Shown one piece after another: positions 12,591 to 26,500 of a stretch of DNA of 64,000 nucleotides; position 1 is the stretch's first letter, and the number at the start of each line of letters is the position of its first letter. Position numbers and translations under genes: made by a program. The notes below the pieces were generated by a model. That model made no database searches, was not told where the DNA came from, and saw only the letters and a program-made list of their open reading frames with translations. The DNA is from Carcharhinus amblyrhynchos (lineage: Eukaryota), in the NCBI GenBank assembly GCA_965287045.1, contig OZ336870.1, forward strand, positions 106,268,001 through 106,332,000. Reading direction: 5' to 3'.

Positions 12591-12944
12591 AATTTTTTTT
12601 AACATTTTCAACTTCAGTTGCGTCTGGCACTTTAACCTTTAATTCTTATGCTGGTCTTTCAATGGATGCATCAACTGTCAGGTGTTACATAGAGGTCACA
12701 CTGTTGGTTTGGTTGATAACGTCTGCCACATCATGTTAAATTAATTCATATAGAACAAAGTTGTCCTGGTTTTCTACCTGCTTATAGTTGAGTCAGTTCA
12801 GTTCAGCTGAGAACTATGCCCATTGTTCCATTTCAGAATTAAATTTTCTATTCACGAATATCCTCCACCTGAATTACTGATTTTTAAGAACTATTAAACC
12901 TAGGATAGAATATGAAAAAAAAACCTGAGAATTATATAACACCT

Positions 12945-14660
12945 TTGATGACCACAGAAATCCCAGAGTACTTCTCAGCCAATGAATTAAGAATGTAAAA
13001 ACTTAAGATCATGCAGCAGGTGTAGGCCATTTGACCCCTTGAGCCTGCTCTACCATTCAATAAGATCAGAGCCACTACCCCCACCCCCAGCAAGCTCTGA
13101 GGCAGTAGGGGTGGGAGAGCATGAAATTGCACAGATGGAATTTCCCCCTCCAGGTCCCTCCTGCTCTGACCTTGCAGAGATTTTACACTGGGGTGAGGCT
13201 GAGCCTTGCATGGAAAGCCCCCCTTGCCCCAACTGAGGCCCTTAAGTGACCAATTAATGATCTATTCGGAGCCGTTTCCATCCCAGCCTCAATTTTTAGT
13301 CTGGGGTGCGGATGACAGCTCATGGTGGGAATCCCACAAATGCAGAAATGTTGATCATGGGTGGGAGGAGCAGGGGTCACCTCCATCAGAAGTCCTCTTC
13401 TGACTACGGACATTCTCTGCCTAAGGCCCAATGCTGTCCTGACTTCCCTCCCACCTCGGGTCTATCCCCTGAGACCTCAGTCACCTCTCCTTGCACCCCC
13501 TCCCTGGCCTTTCCTACCCTCCCCACCCAGACATCTGGGACTCACCTTTTTCTCTGAAAATTAGTCTAGATAGAGTTGTGTACTGCCTCTTCTGGCCACT
13601 GCAGTGCTGTTGCTGGAGGGATTGGAGAGCTACCGGCCAATCTGATTGGCTGGCAGTACTCCTAGGTGGAACTTCCTCTCAATTGAGGAGCTGAAGTCCG
13701 ACCTTATGACAAATAATGCTCTTTAGAGCATAAAATGACAGACTCTTTGGAAAGCCAGTCTGGTTGTGGCCTCAGTTCCTCTTTTCTGACTGCCCCTTCC
13801 CCACATTTCTTAACTTAATTGTAGATCAAAAATCTAACTCAGTCTTAAATATATTCAATGATCCAATCTCCACAGTTCTCTTGGGCAGAGAATCCAAAGC
13901 ATTAATGATCCTCTGAGGGAAGAAATCCCTCCTCATCTCCATCTTAAATAGGAGACCCCTTATTTTGAACCTGTGTTCCCTGATTCTAAGTTTGCACTTG
14001 AAGGGAAACATCCTTTCACCTCACAATCTTACATGTTTCAATCAGATCTTCTCTCGTTCTACAATAAGCGTAGCCCAATAAGCTCAACTTTTCCTCACAA
14101 TACAATCTCTTCATCCCAGGAATTATACTTGAAGTGGAGTCACAGTTGTTTTGCAGGCAAATGCCAGTTTGACCAATACAAAATCCTGTAAATAATAAAT
14201 GAGCTGTTAGTCTGTTTTAATTGTGCTGGTTAAGGTCAGGATATTGGAGAACTGCTCTGCACTTCTTCAAGTGATGTCATGAGATCTTTTAACTTTACTT
14301 ATTATTGCCACAAGTAGTCTTACATTAATACTGCAATGAAGTTACTGTGGAAATTCCCTAATTGCCACACTCCGATGACTGTTCAGGTACACTGAGGGAG
14401 AATTTAGCATGGCCAATGCACCTAACCAGTACATTTTTAGAACTGTGAGAGGAAACCAAAGCACCCGAGGAAACCCATGCAGACATGGGAATAACTTGCA
14501 GACTCCATCCAGACAAAGCCTCAGCTTAGCATTTTACCTGGATGGCCTTTGGTTTTGCAACACCTCCTCACAGTCAGTCGAAAAACGTGTGCCCAAGTGC
14601 CTGCAGAGGAGATCAAATCCACAACCTTCTGATTAAGGCAAGAGGCTACCACTGCTCCGA
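12945..14660 (-). mobile_element. Nested cluster: Deu-type SINE interrupted by a CR1 3' end (~12990-14125, itself holding a MITE ~13070-13790) and by a V-SINE (~14295-14520)
   Basis: GAATTA flanks the CR1 piece (12984-12989 and 14120-14125). ORF 13826-14011 HRFKIRGLLFKMEMRRDFFPQRIINALDSLP is the CR1 C-terminus. Confidence 0.7.
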
Positions 14661-15789
14661 TAGAATTGTCCTCTTATGAATGATCCCTAAAAGACACACT
14701 CAACGAATATGTTTCTTTTGCGCAAATTCAGGTGGGCCATTAGTCAGGGAATTGTCTTGCAAACATTTGCCCTTTTTTCTCAACTATGAAACTTAATAGT
14801 TCCTCAATATGAGGAAAGTTTGCTGCAAGAGGAAGTTTGCACTGCAGCTTTCAGAGCAAATTAGATTGTACCACATATAATTTGTGACCCATAGATCTGA
14901 AAGAAAATCGATGCACTGATCATAAGTGGCAGCAGAGATAAAAAGAACTATCAGCTGTGAATTACAGTATTCATTGGGAACAATCAAGGGGTCAAAGTAA
15001 CTGGTGAGGCTGGGGTTACTGTACTGGCTAATAGAGGTGGGTGGTAATGACAGCTAAGTGACTGCGCTGCTGATGAAAATGTAACTGATCATTATCAACG
15101 AAAGCAAGAATAGAGATCTTATCAAAAAGGAAATATGAAGCCTACTGGGTCAATAACCACAATGGAACAAATAACCTTGAGCCACCTCTCAGCCCAGCAC
15201 ACTGCATAACAAAATGCACACAGCATTTGCTTTTTTTTCCCAGCTGTGTGAAAACCCGATGTTCTATTTGTTTATTTTATACTGTGCAGGTACTTTGAAT
15301 GAACTGCAGGTGTTATTATTAGTAGTATGTGCCATTCATAGAAATGTGATCAAATCATAAAATGGTGCAAGGTGTGTTCAGGCAGCAGTGAGAGAAACAT
15401 TGTGAATAGACCAGCGATTTCAGGCACCAGTGAATGAGTTGGAAACAGATTGTGCCAAATGAGAAAGCAATCATTTGCACAACAAGAATCGAATGCAATA
15501 ATAAAAGCAAAATATTGCAGGTGCTGGAAATCTGAAATAAAAACAGGAATTGCTGAATAAACTGAACAGCTCCGTCAGCATCTGTGGAAAGAGAAACAGA
15601 GTTAATGCTTCAAGTCCAAGGGTGGAATTTTCCATTCCTGTCCGTCATGGGAATCGTAGTGGGCAGGGACGGACCATGTAAAGATCCATGGCCTTGGGCA
15701 GGATTTTCTGTGCTTGGACAATTCTGCTCCATATGCCTGGCTGGACAATCCTGCTCCATATGCCTCTTCTTCAGAACATCTAATGACAA

Positions 15790-16100
15790 TCTAAAGCATG
15801 TACGTATAGGGCTGTCATTACTAGTGGTTTTCATTGTAGCTAGTTCCAGAGCACAAGTCTTCCGGGCTATTGGTGGAATATTTTCAGGGCCCAAAGCCTT
15901 TGCAGCATTCAGTTCCTTCAGCCACTTCTTGATATTGTGTAGAGTGAATCGAATTGGCTGAAGACTGGCATTTGAGATGCTGGGGATCTCAGGAGGAGGC
16001 TGGGATGGATCATCCACCTGACACTTCTGGCTGAAGATGGTTTTGAATACTTCAGCCTTGTATTTTACACTGATATGATGGACTCCCCTGTCATTGTTTC
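15790..16100 (-). mobile_element. Non-LTR retrotransposon RT fragment (CR1/L2 group)
   Basis: ORF 15610-16128 contains IKKWLKELNAAKALGPENIPPIARKTCALELA, the K(A/S).GPD.IP..LK.CA.EL motif that precedes LINE RT. Confidence 0.8.
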
Positions 16101-17059
16101 TAAGAATCATTACATGGGAATGATGCATAATTGGAATACTGAGTTAATGTTTTCCATGGGTAGTCTCTGGATACATGAAAATCATAGATCTAGATTTGTC
16201 CATTCACAAATTAAATTTCAAGGATTCAGAGCTAGAATAAAGAATCAATGTGCAGAGAAACAAGTCAACAACAATTATTTACCAATTAGTATCTTTAACA
16301 TGAATGCACTATAATAGTTATTATACATGTTAAAGACCCATGATCAGCTGATCATTTTGTTTGCTCACATTTTACATATACAATATATATATATTTAGCA
16401 GCTATTTTGTTGCTAAAATGCCAGCAGTTATTTAACTGCATTGAACGAGCTAATCACAACATTGATATTGATTTAGATAATACTAATTCTAATATTAGAT
16501 CACACTAATCTAGTGAACATTTAACTGTTCAGTGTGCTTTAAGTGAATTTTGTTCTCAAGCAGTATTAGCACATGAGCAACCCCTGTATTCTTTAATACT
16601 CTGCTGCATATTGAAAACATGTGTATTGCAAACTGAGCAGTAACAACAGAGAATGCAATTTATATCTATTATTGGTGTAAATAGTCTGTGTGGCAAGAAG
16701 TAGTATATTGTTTTGGATTTTTGGGTGTTGGAAAAGGAGAACGGTTGAGTCTGCTATTGCCAGGCAATTGGCCAATCCCTTGGTGATATGGTTTGAGTCT
16801 CTAATCCTGATAGTTTATCATCTGTGGGGCAGGATTTTCCAGCCACGCTCACCCCAACCCTAAAATCCCACCTGAGGTCAACGGACCTTTGCTTTTCCCA
16901 CGATGGATGGGTTGGGAAAATCCTCCCCTCCCCTGATTTTTGTTTCAGCTTTGGAATGGATTTAAGGAACTAAAGGAAAAATTATTCTTGGATGTGAACA
17001 AGAAGAACATTGTCTCTATCCCAAATCCAGAGGAGAGAAAGAAACAAATGGTTTTCAAG

Positions 17060-17470
17060 ACCTTAGAATTCAAAGGCACTTTGTAGCCACGGAAGTACTT
17101 AGAAAAGTCGCTTCTGTTGTAAGATAGAAAATGTGAGAGCCAAATTGTGCAGAATGGCGCCCAGCAAAAACTAACGAGATAATGACCAGATAATCTATTT
17201 TCTAGTGCTGTTCATTAAGGGATAAATATTGGATAAAATCATGCTGCTTTCCTTCAAATAGTGCCTCAAGATCCATTATGAGAGGGAAGGCAGGGCCGCG
17301 AGTTGGGTCTCATCCAAAGGGTGATATCTTTGTGACTACAACGCTCCCTCAGCACTGTATTGAAGTATTATGCTTTAAATTTTGTGTTCAAGTCTCTGAA
17401 GTGGGATTTGAATCTACTAGATGTTGTTTTTACTGAAAGGCAAGAGGCAAGAGTGAGCCATGACTGACAC
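17060..17470 (-). mobile_element. Deu-domain SINE (SacSINE1-like)
   Basis: Contains GTCTCATCCAAAGG (reverse of the Deu core CTTTCGGATGAGAC) and a tRNA-like head GTGGGATTTGAATC. A homologous copy lies at 35330-35800. Confidence 0.6.
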
Positions 17471-17611
17471 TTACAACTATGTAATCATTTTAATGTTAGA
17501 GATGGAAGTGCAGCACTGAGTATGGGTTTAAAAACAGGCTCAGACTAATTTATGTCTCTAATATTTGATTTACCTTTATTTATGATTTGAAAATTTATTT
17601 CTAAACAAAAG

Positions 17612-17643
17612 AGCAGTGCAGGTTGTGTTTCAACAACTGGAAG
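17612..17643 (+). CDS. Candidate CLNK 5' exon (32 nt, SSAGCVSTTGR; phase 0 to 2)
   Basis: First AG after a ~65-nt AG-free, T-rich stretch. Donor AAG|gtattt. Phase fits ATG ACC AAG at 4392-4400 and the next exon. No recognisable homology. Confidence 0.3.
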
Positions 17644-17770
17644 GTATTTCTGGACCGTATACTTTTCTCTTTGTGATTTGCTACTTTATCTAAATTAAAT
17701 TGAAATTAAGTTTGTCAGTTTAAAAAGCATATGTGGTTCCTCATAATGTTTTTTTTTAATCCCTGAGTAG

Positions 17771-17842
17771 GCAATTTAAAAAAGCATTACAAGATAGACC
17801 TATTGGAGGAGAAAGAATGAAGCCAGCTCTGCCTATGAACCG
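17771..17842 (+). CDS. CLNK: CLNK exon (72 nt, phase 2 to 2): QFKKALQDRPIGGERMKPALPMNR
   Basis: Poly-T tract then gagtag| acceptor, donor CG|gtaagg, open frame. It ends in LPMNR; from memory, the mammalian CLNK 72-nt exon ends in LPKNR. Confidence 0.72.
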
Positions 17843-18911
17843 GTAAGGAAGATCTCATTTATGAAGCCTTTATGGTGATATACAATTTATCCACATGAAG
17901 CTAACCTACCTTCATTGTTCTGATACAAAGGCATTGACCTACATAAAGCACAGGTCAGAGAGGCAGTAAATTAAAGAGGAACAAAATTAAGGTGTTTTAA
18001 GTCATTCCTGTCATCATATTATTCCCATTTCTTCATGTAATGTTTCCAATGTCCTTTCTTGTCTCTCTGGTGGTCAGACCATTTTGCAATTTCAGATTAA
18101 TTCAAGCTTCAGATTTATGTCACCCTTCAGTGCTTCAATACTTAATCTAAAATCTGCAAGCAGAACTGAGCGGAGTGTGATCATGCACAGCCATGCTGTA
18201 CTGCTAGCAAACTAGAAATTGTGATATATCTATTCCCTATTCCCCACCATCCCCAGCAGCCACCCAATTCTCTAACTGAACCAGAACCACCTCAGGTGTT
18301 CTCTCTGTCTGATTAGAACACAGACTGACAAGAAATCCTTCCTTCCAGAATAGGAAAAATTGGGACAGAGGAATTAAAACAAACCAGGAATCTACTATTA
18401 GGCAGAAAATACATTTCAAAAGAAACGCTCCCTGAGACAGTTTATTTTTTTCACAGCATCTTTGCTAACATGAGCCCACTGATAAAATTAGAATGGAAAT
18501 CAGAACTTACCCAGTTTGTGTGGGGCAACTCAATCTGAAACCCCATCCCCCACTAAGCATAATAAGGAACTTTCTTTTGAAAGATACAGGCAAAACAAGC
18601 CATTCCATATGAAGGTGATCCACACTGAAGTCAAATTCAGATTTTTTTGTTTAGAAATAATTAACTTCTATTCCCATTCTGAATGAGTTGAAAGCAGAGA
18701 TTTCTCTTGTTGCATCTCACCCCACATTACAATTATCCATCTGGGGCTTTACGGATTGAATTTTTAGTTATTCTCCTAATTGACTGTGATAGCGTCAGCA
18801 AGAAATCTGCTGAAACCCCAGAGTATCAGCACTAACACCAAATTTACAGCAATCAATTGGAATAAGCTTCATTGAAATGAATGGTACTATTGACATCTCT
18901 TTCTTGTTTAG

Positions 18912-18952
18912 GTCTTTAGATAACTGCTACCCTAGAACTTTTCCCCAGAGCG
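18912..18952 (+). CDS. CLNK: Probable CLNK exon (41 nt, phase 2 to 1): (R)SLDNCYPRTFPQS
   Basis: Strong acceptor ctctttcttgtttag|G and weaker donor GCG|gtgtga. Its phase bridges 17842 to 51872. It resembles the RSWPR segment of mammalian CLNK. Confidence 0.55.
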
Positions 18953-19152
18953 GTGTGACTAGAAATTTTGTTTTATCAGTTGGACTTTGGTGTTCTTTTC
19001 AAAAGATGTTTCAAAGGTTGCAATATGGTCCTCACAGACTTTCAGGAAACACTTCATGCAGTTTTACATGAAAAATTACTGGTTGTGGATGATTCAGGAT
19101 AAGACATGGGAATGGATAAAAAGTTGACTGCAACTTGGAAGCCGTTTATTAC

Positions 19153-19960
19153 GGGGGTGATCATCCCCAAAAAATTCTAAGCGTTGAATTCATGTAAAAA
19201 CTGAAGTAAATCTGATGTTTTCTTCAGCAGAAGTTTCAAAATGAATCTCCCATATGCTGTACATTCAGAGTGCACTAGCGTGATTCACGCCAAAAAATCA
19301 GTGGGGGGGGCTTATTCCCGCTGGAGAGGCCGGCAGCAGAGTGCTGAGAGGGCCACTGTGCGTGCGCTGAGATTGGCACATGCACAGTAGCCCTGCACTG
19401 CTGGCCTTCTGATTGCTAGCCAGCTCGATCACTGGCCAATCCTGCAATGCTGCCCCTCCGACCCCAACCAGGATCGCCTCAATCTCTACTCCCCCACCCA
19501 CCCCCGGCAGTCCCGACCTCCTGATTCCACCCCACCGTGCACCCCCCTCACTCTGGTAGCCCCATCCCCATTAAGCTCCACTCCCTTGTCACTGCCCAAT
19601 GCCTGGTAGGCAAGGCCACTTTGCCCCTTGGGTAGCACCAGGGGGTAGGCTGGCACTGCCATGTTGGCAATGACCAAGGGGCACCCCCTTTACTTCAGAC
19701 CCTTTGGCCCTCGAAGGCCCCCCTTCCCTCCAGCGGAGTCCAGCTGCCAGGACGAACAGGAAATCTGGCAGCCGGAAACTCGTGGAAGCCGTGGCACCCA
19801 GCAGGAAGCCCGCTAAATGGCCTCCGCTTGAGTCTTCTGGCTCGCTGTGTGACTGAGAGAATCACCCTATGTATTTGCATCATGTCAGAGTTGAGGAAGT
19901 GCCATTTTGAGAGATTGAAGTTGGGTCTCATACCACTTCTGATTTACATTTTCTAAAATT
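19153..19960. mobile_element. GC-rich Harbinger-type MITE, same family as 492-1527
   Basis: Shares blocks with 492-1527 (GAATCTCC..., GCACATG(C/T)...GGCC, CTGGCACTGCCA) and a similar terminus GGGGGTGATC. Confidence 0.6.
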
Positions 19961-19967
19961 CATTCAT

Positions 19968-20310
19968 GAGTGGCACAGTGGTTAGCGTTGCTGCCTCTCA
20001 GTACCAGGGGTCCAGGTTTTATTTCGCGCCTCAATTCACTGTGTAGAGTTTGCATTTTCACCCTGTGTCTGTGTGGGTTTCTTCTGAGTGCTTTGGTTTC
20101 CTCCCAAACTCCGAAGATGTGCAGGTTAGTTGGATTGGCTAAATTGCCTTTTAATGTCCCAAGATGAGTAGGCTAGGTGGATTTACTCTGCGGTAAATGC
20201 ATGGGGTTATGGGGGGTAGTGTGGGCATGGGTAAAATGTTCCGTCAGAGAGTTGGTATCAAGCCAACCAGTCAAATGGCCTCCCCCTGCATGGGAGCGAT
20301 TCTATGTTTC
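19968..20310 (+). mobile_element. HE1-like V-SINE with CR1-derived tail
   Basis: tRNA-like head GTGGCACAGTGGTTAGC, V-domain TGTGTAGAGTTTGCA...GGTTTCCTCCCA, tail GATTCTATG. Confidence 0.85.
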
Positions 20311-20334
20311 TGTGGATCTATGTGAGCTTCAGTA

Positions 20335-20890
20335 GTTAGGCCAGCATTGATTGCCAATCCCCAAATGCCCTTGAACAAGTGGTGGTGCCACCTTGAATGT
20401 AGGTACACCCAGAATGCTATTAGGGAGGATGTACTAGGATTTTGACCAGTTGGCATGAAGAAACGGGAATATATTTGCAAGTCAGGATCATGAAATGCTT
20501 TGAAGGAAACTTCAGGTGATGGTATTCTTATGATTCTGTTGCTGTTACCTTTCTAGAGAGTAGGAGTGGTGGGTTTAGAAGGTGCTGCCTAAGGAGCCTT
20601 GGTGAGTTCCTACAGTGCATCTAGTAGATGGTACACACAGTTGCCACTGTACATCTATGGTGGAGGGAGTGAATGGTGGTGGAGGGAGTGAATGGTTGTG
20701 GATGAAGTTCCAATCAATGAGGTTGCTTTGTCCTGGATGGTGTCAAGCTTCTTGAGCGTTGTTGGGCTGCACTTATTCAGGCAAATGGATAGTATTCCAT
20801 CACACTCCTGACTTATGCCTTGTAACTGATGTACAGACTTTGGGGAGTCAGGAGTTGAGTTGCTCATTTCAAGATTCCTAGCCTCTGACC
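20335..20890 (-). mobile_element. LINE (CR1/L2 group) 3' fragment
   Basis: ORF 20655-20867 PTTLKKLDTIQDKATSLIG...IHSLHH. Homologous to 39680-40225, 54350-54520 and 62520-62930. Confidence 0.8.
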
Positions 20891-21307
20891 TAGATTATTT
20901 CTCTTCTGAAACTCAATGCAAACAAGTCAAATGCACAGATATCACTAAGTTAGGAAGGTGAGTTGATTCTAATGAGAAAATTTGGAATTTGCAAACTAAT
21001 TGGATAGAACAATGCCAAATGAATTTCAACAGTCAATCGTACAAAAATGTACCTAAGAAGAAAAATGAGTAACTGAGGATTGAATTATAATGAGCAAGAA
21101 GAGAAATTAACTTTTCAACCTTGAAATGAGACAAATGAGGTAATTTTATGCAGATGATAGTAAACATTGTTAAAAATAAACAGGAAAAATATGATGAAAA
21201 TAACAAGAGTTCAAACAAGTGCAAAAAACACACAGATTAGTAATAGCAGCAAGTTATTCACCCAGTCACTAATGTATGTAATAGGCTCCCAAACAGTTGA
21301 GATGGAT

Positions 21308-21346
21308 ATGTGTGCATGTGGGAGGGGGAGTGGTGTGTGTGGAGTT

Positions 21347-21379
<33 letters not shown>

Positions 21380-21565
21380 GGGTGGGGGGGGGGGGGGTGT
21401 TGTGCGTGGGTGTGTGTCGGGGAGTGTATATGATGTGTGTGTCTGAGTGTAGGAGTGGAGGGTATTTGGCTGTGTGTTTGGGGGGATGTGTTTATGCACG
21501 GGGGTCTGTATGGAGGGGGGTGTGAGAGTGGGGGGGGCGCTGTTGTTGTGTAGGTGTGTATGTGT
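21308..21565. repeat. (TG)n microsatellite with poly-G and degenerate GT-rich flanks
   Basis: Pure (GT)n at ~21357-21379, a G run at ~21384-21397, and GT-rich low-complexity sequence around them. Confidence 0.95.
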
Positions 21566-23564
21566 TTTATATTGGTTGGGCGAAGAAGGTTTGCCAGTGT
21601 GAGGGTTGTTGATAATACACTGCCAAGACAGCACTCAGGAGATGTCCTGCTTTCTCCCTACTCCTCATTAGTATATGGAGGCAACAATGGATTCATTGAA
21701 GAACAATCCAATGCTGTAATTGGAGAACTGCACTCTTACTAGATGGATGAGCATAGATGTAGAGAATGGTTTTACTAATCCATAGTATATCATGTGATCT
21801 TGTATATTGTAATGTTTCCTTTGAGCTCATCTAGCAGTGGTTAGACTTTATTTGAAATTGCATTCTTCCTTATTTCCCTTTTTTAACCATGTGATTTTGC
21901 TGTATCTTCCTGTTAATCTGACTGTGGCTGTGATCTCAGTTCTTGAACACTACTTTGTGACCAGTCAAAAAAGCCACTCAGCAGATATCGCATGTCACTT
22001 ATGTGCAGGATGGAAATCATTCCAATTTGCAGTCTGTAACAGAAGCAGAAATGCAGATATAATGAATGCAATTCTAATTCTCATCTCATCGAGTTTCTCA
22101 GTTCCTCTACAAAACTTCCCTCACCCTCAACACATGAATATATTGTGCTAATAGAACTGGTTCAAACTATGTGCAAAATTAAAAAGCAAGTAGCTAGCAT
22201 TTTACATTCCAGTGACGTAAAAGTAAAACCAGAAATTTACCAGCTATCTGATTTCTATTTACAATGACATAGCTGGTGATTGGTGACCATTTTCATAGCC
22301 CACTATTCCAAAGATGAGAATCAAATTTTATGCTCCATCTATCTAAAGGCCAAATCTGGAACCACGATAAGCCTCTCCCATGACATGCACACCTAGCTGC
22401 GCTATAGTTTTCCAACAGTGCTCACTCAGGAAGACTGTACCAATGAAGACAGGTAATTGTGCAAGCAATCCTTATAATGGTTTCTCACTAACTACTTCAC
22501 CCTATTATTGCCTGAATAAATTACATTCTTCTTAACTAAATTATTAATTACTTGGTGACACAACCTCCTGGGATTTATTCATTTGTGATTGCCACAGAGA
22601 TTTGAATTTCCAATGAATAGCTGAAAGAATGATATGTCAATATGTCACATTTTAAAACTTTTACTGTAACAAATGACTGAAAGCACAATTGGTTAATTTT
22701 TTTTGTAGGCAACTAATACTTTAAACCTCTCTTTATACTTATCATCCATTGCACTCTAATAGAATTACAATCCTTTCAGCAAATAATTCACAGTTGCTCC
22801 CAACTTCCAATGGGTTCCCATATTCTCCTTTCAACAAGTAATAAATTTCAGTGGCCATCTCCAGGCACTTACTCTGTTTTGGTAGATTTTTGTAATCTAC
22901 CACTTGCATTGGACTCTGGCCCAATGATTTTTCTTCCCCATCATCATGCTGGAACTAATCTCCCAGAACCTATAGAAGCTATAGGATACATCCCTTCAAC
23001 TAGACACCATCCCCCTCCTGCATTTGTGGTAACTTGCAAAGTCAAGCAGCCTTTTCTCTCTGCTGACCATATCAAATCCCCTGCTCTCTGTTTGTGATAT
23101 TCATTGATTTGTAGAGAAGCCTGTAACTTGATTTTAAATATAGCTTCATTTGCCCTTTCCACCATGACAACATGAAACATATTAACCTTATACCTCATAG
23201 AGATGCTGATTAACTATCTTTGATCCCAACTTCCTTTCTTTTTAGAAGTAAATAGATAATTTATGGCACAGCTTTTTACAACCCGACACCCACAACAATT
23301 TTCTGAACTTGGGGAGACTCTGGGTCTAGTCAAAGGCTGTTCCCATTGTCTCCAAGCATAAATATCTTGCACCTTCTTTTCAGTAAAATAAAATTTTGAT
23401 CTCTAATAGTCAAACTACCCAGACTTAATGTCAGATGATCCCTTCATTCACTGCATTTTATCTAAAGTTTAATACATAGGTTAAAACAGATACAGTCTTC
23501 TAAAGCTTAATATTGTAATGCCAGGAATGAGTACAATGCCTCCAAAATCAAATTAAAGCTATCA

Positions 23565-26500
23565 TTGACAGCCTTCCATCTCATAACACAATGGTTTGTG
23601 CCATCATGATCAACATGATGCTAAAATTGCCAAGTGTGGCTCCGGAGTCACACTCAGGCATCGCAATGTCTGCCACATTTGCTGGAGAGAAAGCTTGTGG
23701 GCAGGATTCACTGGCCTCTTTTTCTGAGCCCTCCTTTTGGCCAGCTAAGTTTTTTGTTTGTCTCCTCCAGTGCCCCCCAGTCAGTTTCCAGAAGTCTCAG
23801 CTGTAAGCGACAGTCTCCCAGTTGTCAGTGTCAATGTCCAACATTTTCATATCTTGCTCGCAAATGCCCTTGTAGCAGAGGTATGCACACCCAGGGGTTT
23901 GTGACCCAGTGGCTAGTTCACTAGGTCTTTAGCTATATGCCTGTTACGGATCTGATGGATATGATTTAACTCACATGAACATCTTTGACTTAACAATGAG
24001 CACTTTCTGGTGGGATTAGCACCTCTGGGACCTTGTTGATGATCTTGTCCTACCAAGGGATGCAATGTGTAGACTGAGACAGCTAAGGTGGAACTGTTCA
24101 GGTTTTTCTCCTGCTTAGCATATGTTGTCCACTTCTCACCATTGTAAAGGAGTGCAACAAAGATACAGGCTTGGTAGATATGCAGTTTGGCATTCTCAGT
24201 CAGGTTGTTGTTGTTCCACACTCTCTTATTCAACTTGGATATAACAGCTGCTGCTTTTTCAATGCATGTGTTGAGTTCAGCACCAAGTGACAGATTGATG
24301 GTGATTGTAGATCGTAGCTATGGGAAGCTATCAACAACCTGTGTTGTCATGTGAGTAATGATTAATGGCTGTATGGCAACATCCTGGACCATAACATTTG
24401 TCTAATTGATGCTGATCGAAAAGCCAAACTCTTTGCAGGCATGAAAGAGTCTGTCCATTTGTTGCTGAAGGTGATCCGCAGTATGGAATGTTAGCGTGGC
24501 ATTGTAAGTGTGCAGCGATTCTCTGATGTGGCCTTTGCACACCTTTATCTTGGCTCTGAGATGAACGAAGCTGAACAGCTATCCATCTGGTATGTAAGGA
24601 GACACATTCTTTAGAGGAATGAGGTAAATGAGCAGCAAAGAGAAGAGTATGCCAAAGTGTGTTGGTGTCAGAACACAACCCCTTTTGACCCTACTGCAGA
24701 TTTCAAAGGGTTCCAGTGTTGCCCTACAATAGCTGGCCTTACCCATCATGTTACCATGAAAAGAGTAGATCACATTGAACAGATTCAATGGGCAACCAAT
24801 TTTCTCCAATGGCTAAAATAGACCACCTCTGCTCACATGGTCGAATGCCTTGATGAGATCAGTGAAGACAATATACTGTGGTCTCATTTATTCAAGGCAT
24901 TTCTCTTGCAGCTGCTGGACTGCAGCGACCATGTCAACTGTAAATCTTACAGTTCTGAAACCACACTGGACTTCTGGATAGTAGTATTCAGTCATGATCT
25001 GCAACTTGGGTAAATATTGTTCCCACAATATTCAACAAGGAGATGACTCGACAGTTGTTGCAATCATTCCAGTCACCCTTATTCTTTGTACAGGATAGCA
25101 ATATTTGCATCTCACATGTCTGGGGCACTGCACCTATTAGACCTCCAACTGGTGAAGGAGGAGATCAGAAATCAATCTTTTATTTTCCGGTGATCTAGTT
25201 ACCTTTCTGATTACTTCATACATGTCCCTAACATTCCCTGTTGCCAAGGACATTTAGATATTCTGGCAAAGTTGTAACCAGTAGTCATTAGCACATTGCC
25301 TAGCAGTCTGTTGGATTTTGCTATAAGCACCTCTTAATACGTGCAGACTTTTCTCATTTGGATCTCTCTTGAGAGTGGATCACTTGGCTGCAAGGGCAGA
25401 TTCCATCACAATGAAGTTAGTCTCTAACCAGTTTACAATTTTCTACTCATGCTTCATACATGTTGAGGGTGTGTTTTTGTAGATGGTGTCTCAAATTATG
25501 TTCCATTTTGCTTCTGCACTCACATGAGAATGTCAGAATCAATTTGAGGAAGTGTTGGTTTTATTTAGATCGGCAGTATGGCTGATTTTGATATGAGGTC
25601 AGCATTTCATTGAATGAAACAGCTTGAAGGGTGGCATCCCTAATGTGGTATACAGCATGTGGTGGGTTTGTGTGTCGAGAAAGCTGTTTAGAGAGTGAAG
25701 AGTCTGGTGATAATCAGATTTAACTGATGTCAACTGATTAGGATATCCCAGGGATGCCTTGTGGCGTGGTGTATTCTGAAAGAAGGTGTTGGTTATACAA
25801 AGCTTGTGGTAACAGCAATGATCAAGTGGTCTCTATTCTTACGTATCCTTCCTGTGCAATGATATCTGAGGCAGGAGGGCCATGCCTCATGGCATACACC
25901 CACTCTTGCATTGCAATCTCTCAATAGACAAGGATGTTCAGACTTTGGGATTTTGCCAAGAGTAGTGTCAAGCTCCCCAAACAACTGGTCTTCTATGTCT
26001 GTAGTGGAGCACAGCAATGAAATATAGATACTCATAAGGTTAACTGGCCATACTTGAGTTGAGAGATAGGTGGAGAGAACATATTCTGAACCCATTTGTG
26101 GGGAGTAGTGAATTTCTTACAGTGAAGCCTCCTCCTTGTTCGTGGGATTCCTCTGTACTTCTCCCCTGCCAGATAAACATGTAATGTTTTTCTTCAATGA
26201 TTCACTGTCTGTGAGCCTGATCTCTTGGAAAGGAAGCCACATCAATATTCAGCCTATCAGGTTTCATGTTGATCATGGTTGTCTAGTATGTGTTAGCAAC
26301 CAGCTAAAAGTCATCTGTTCATCACAGGCACATGGTCCTGATATTCTAGCTTGCCAATCAGAGTTGTCATCCTTGTTCTTTCTGTTTTGTTTCATTTGGT
26401 TATCCGGTGTGAAGTATTTGGTTCATTTGTTGAACTAAACTCTAAGTCCCAAACAGCCACTGAAGCAGATGAATTGTGGCAGGTCAGCAACTTATTAATT

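Noticed and set aside
15716-15765. 27-bp tandem duplication (also a ~19-bp duplication at 20657-20697)
   Set aside because: Ordinary local slippage duplications at or within TE fragments.
19968-20040. tRNA-like A/B-box sequences (also at 44430-44497 and 46981-47050)
   Set aside because: These are SINE heads continuous with V-domains, with no cloverleaf or anticodon arm.
21167-21742. ORFs rich in CV/HT dipeptides
   Set aside because: They are translation artefacts of the (TG)n microsatellite.
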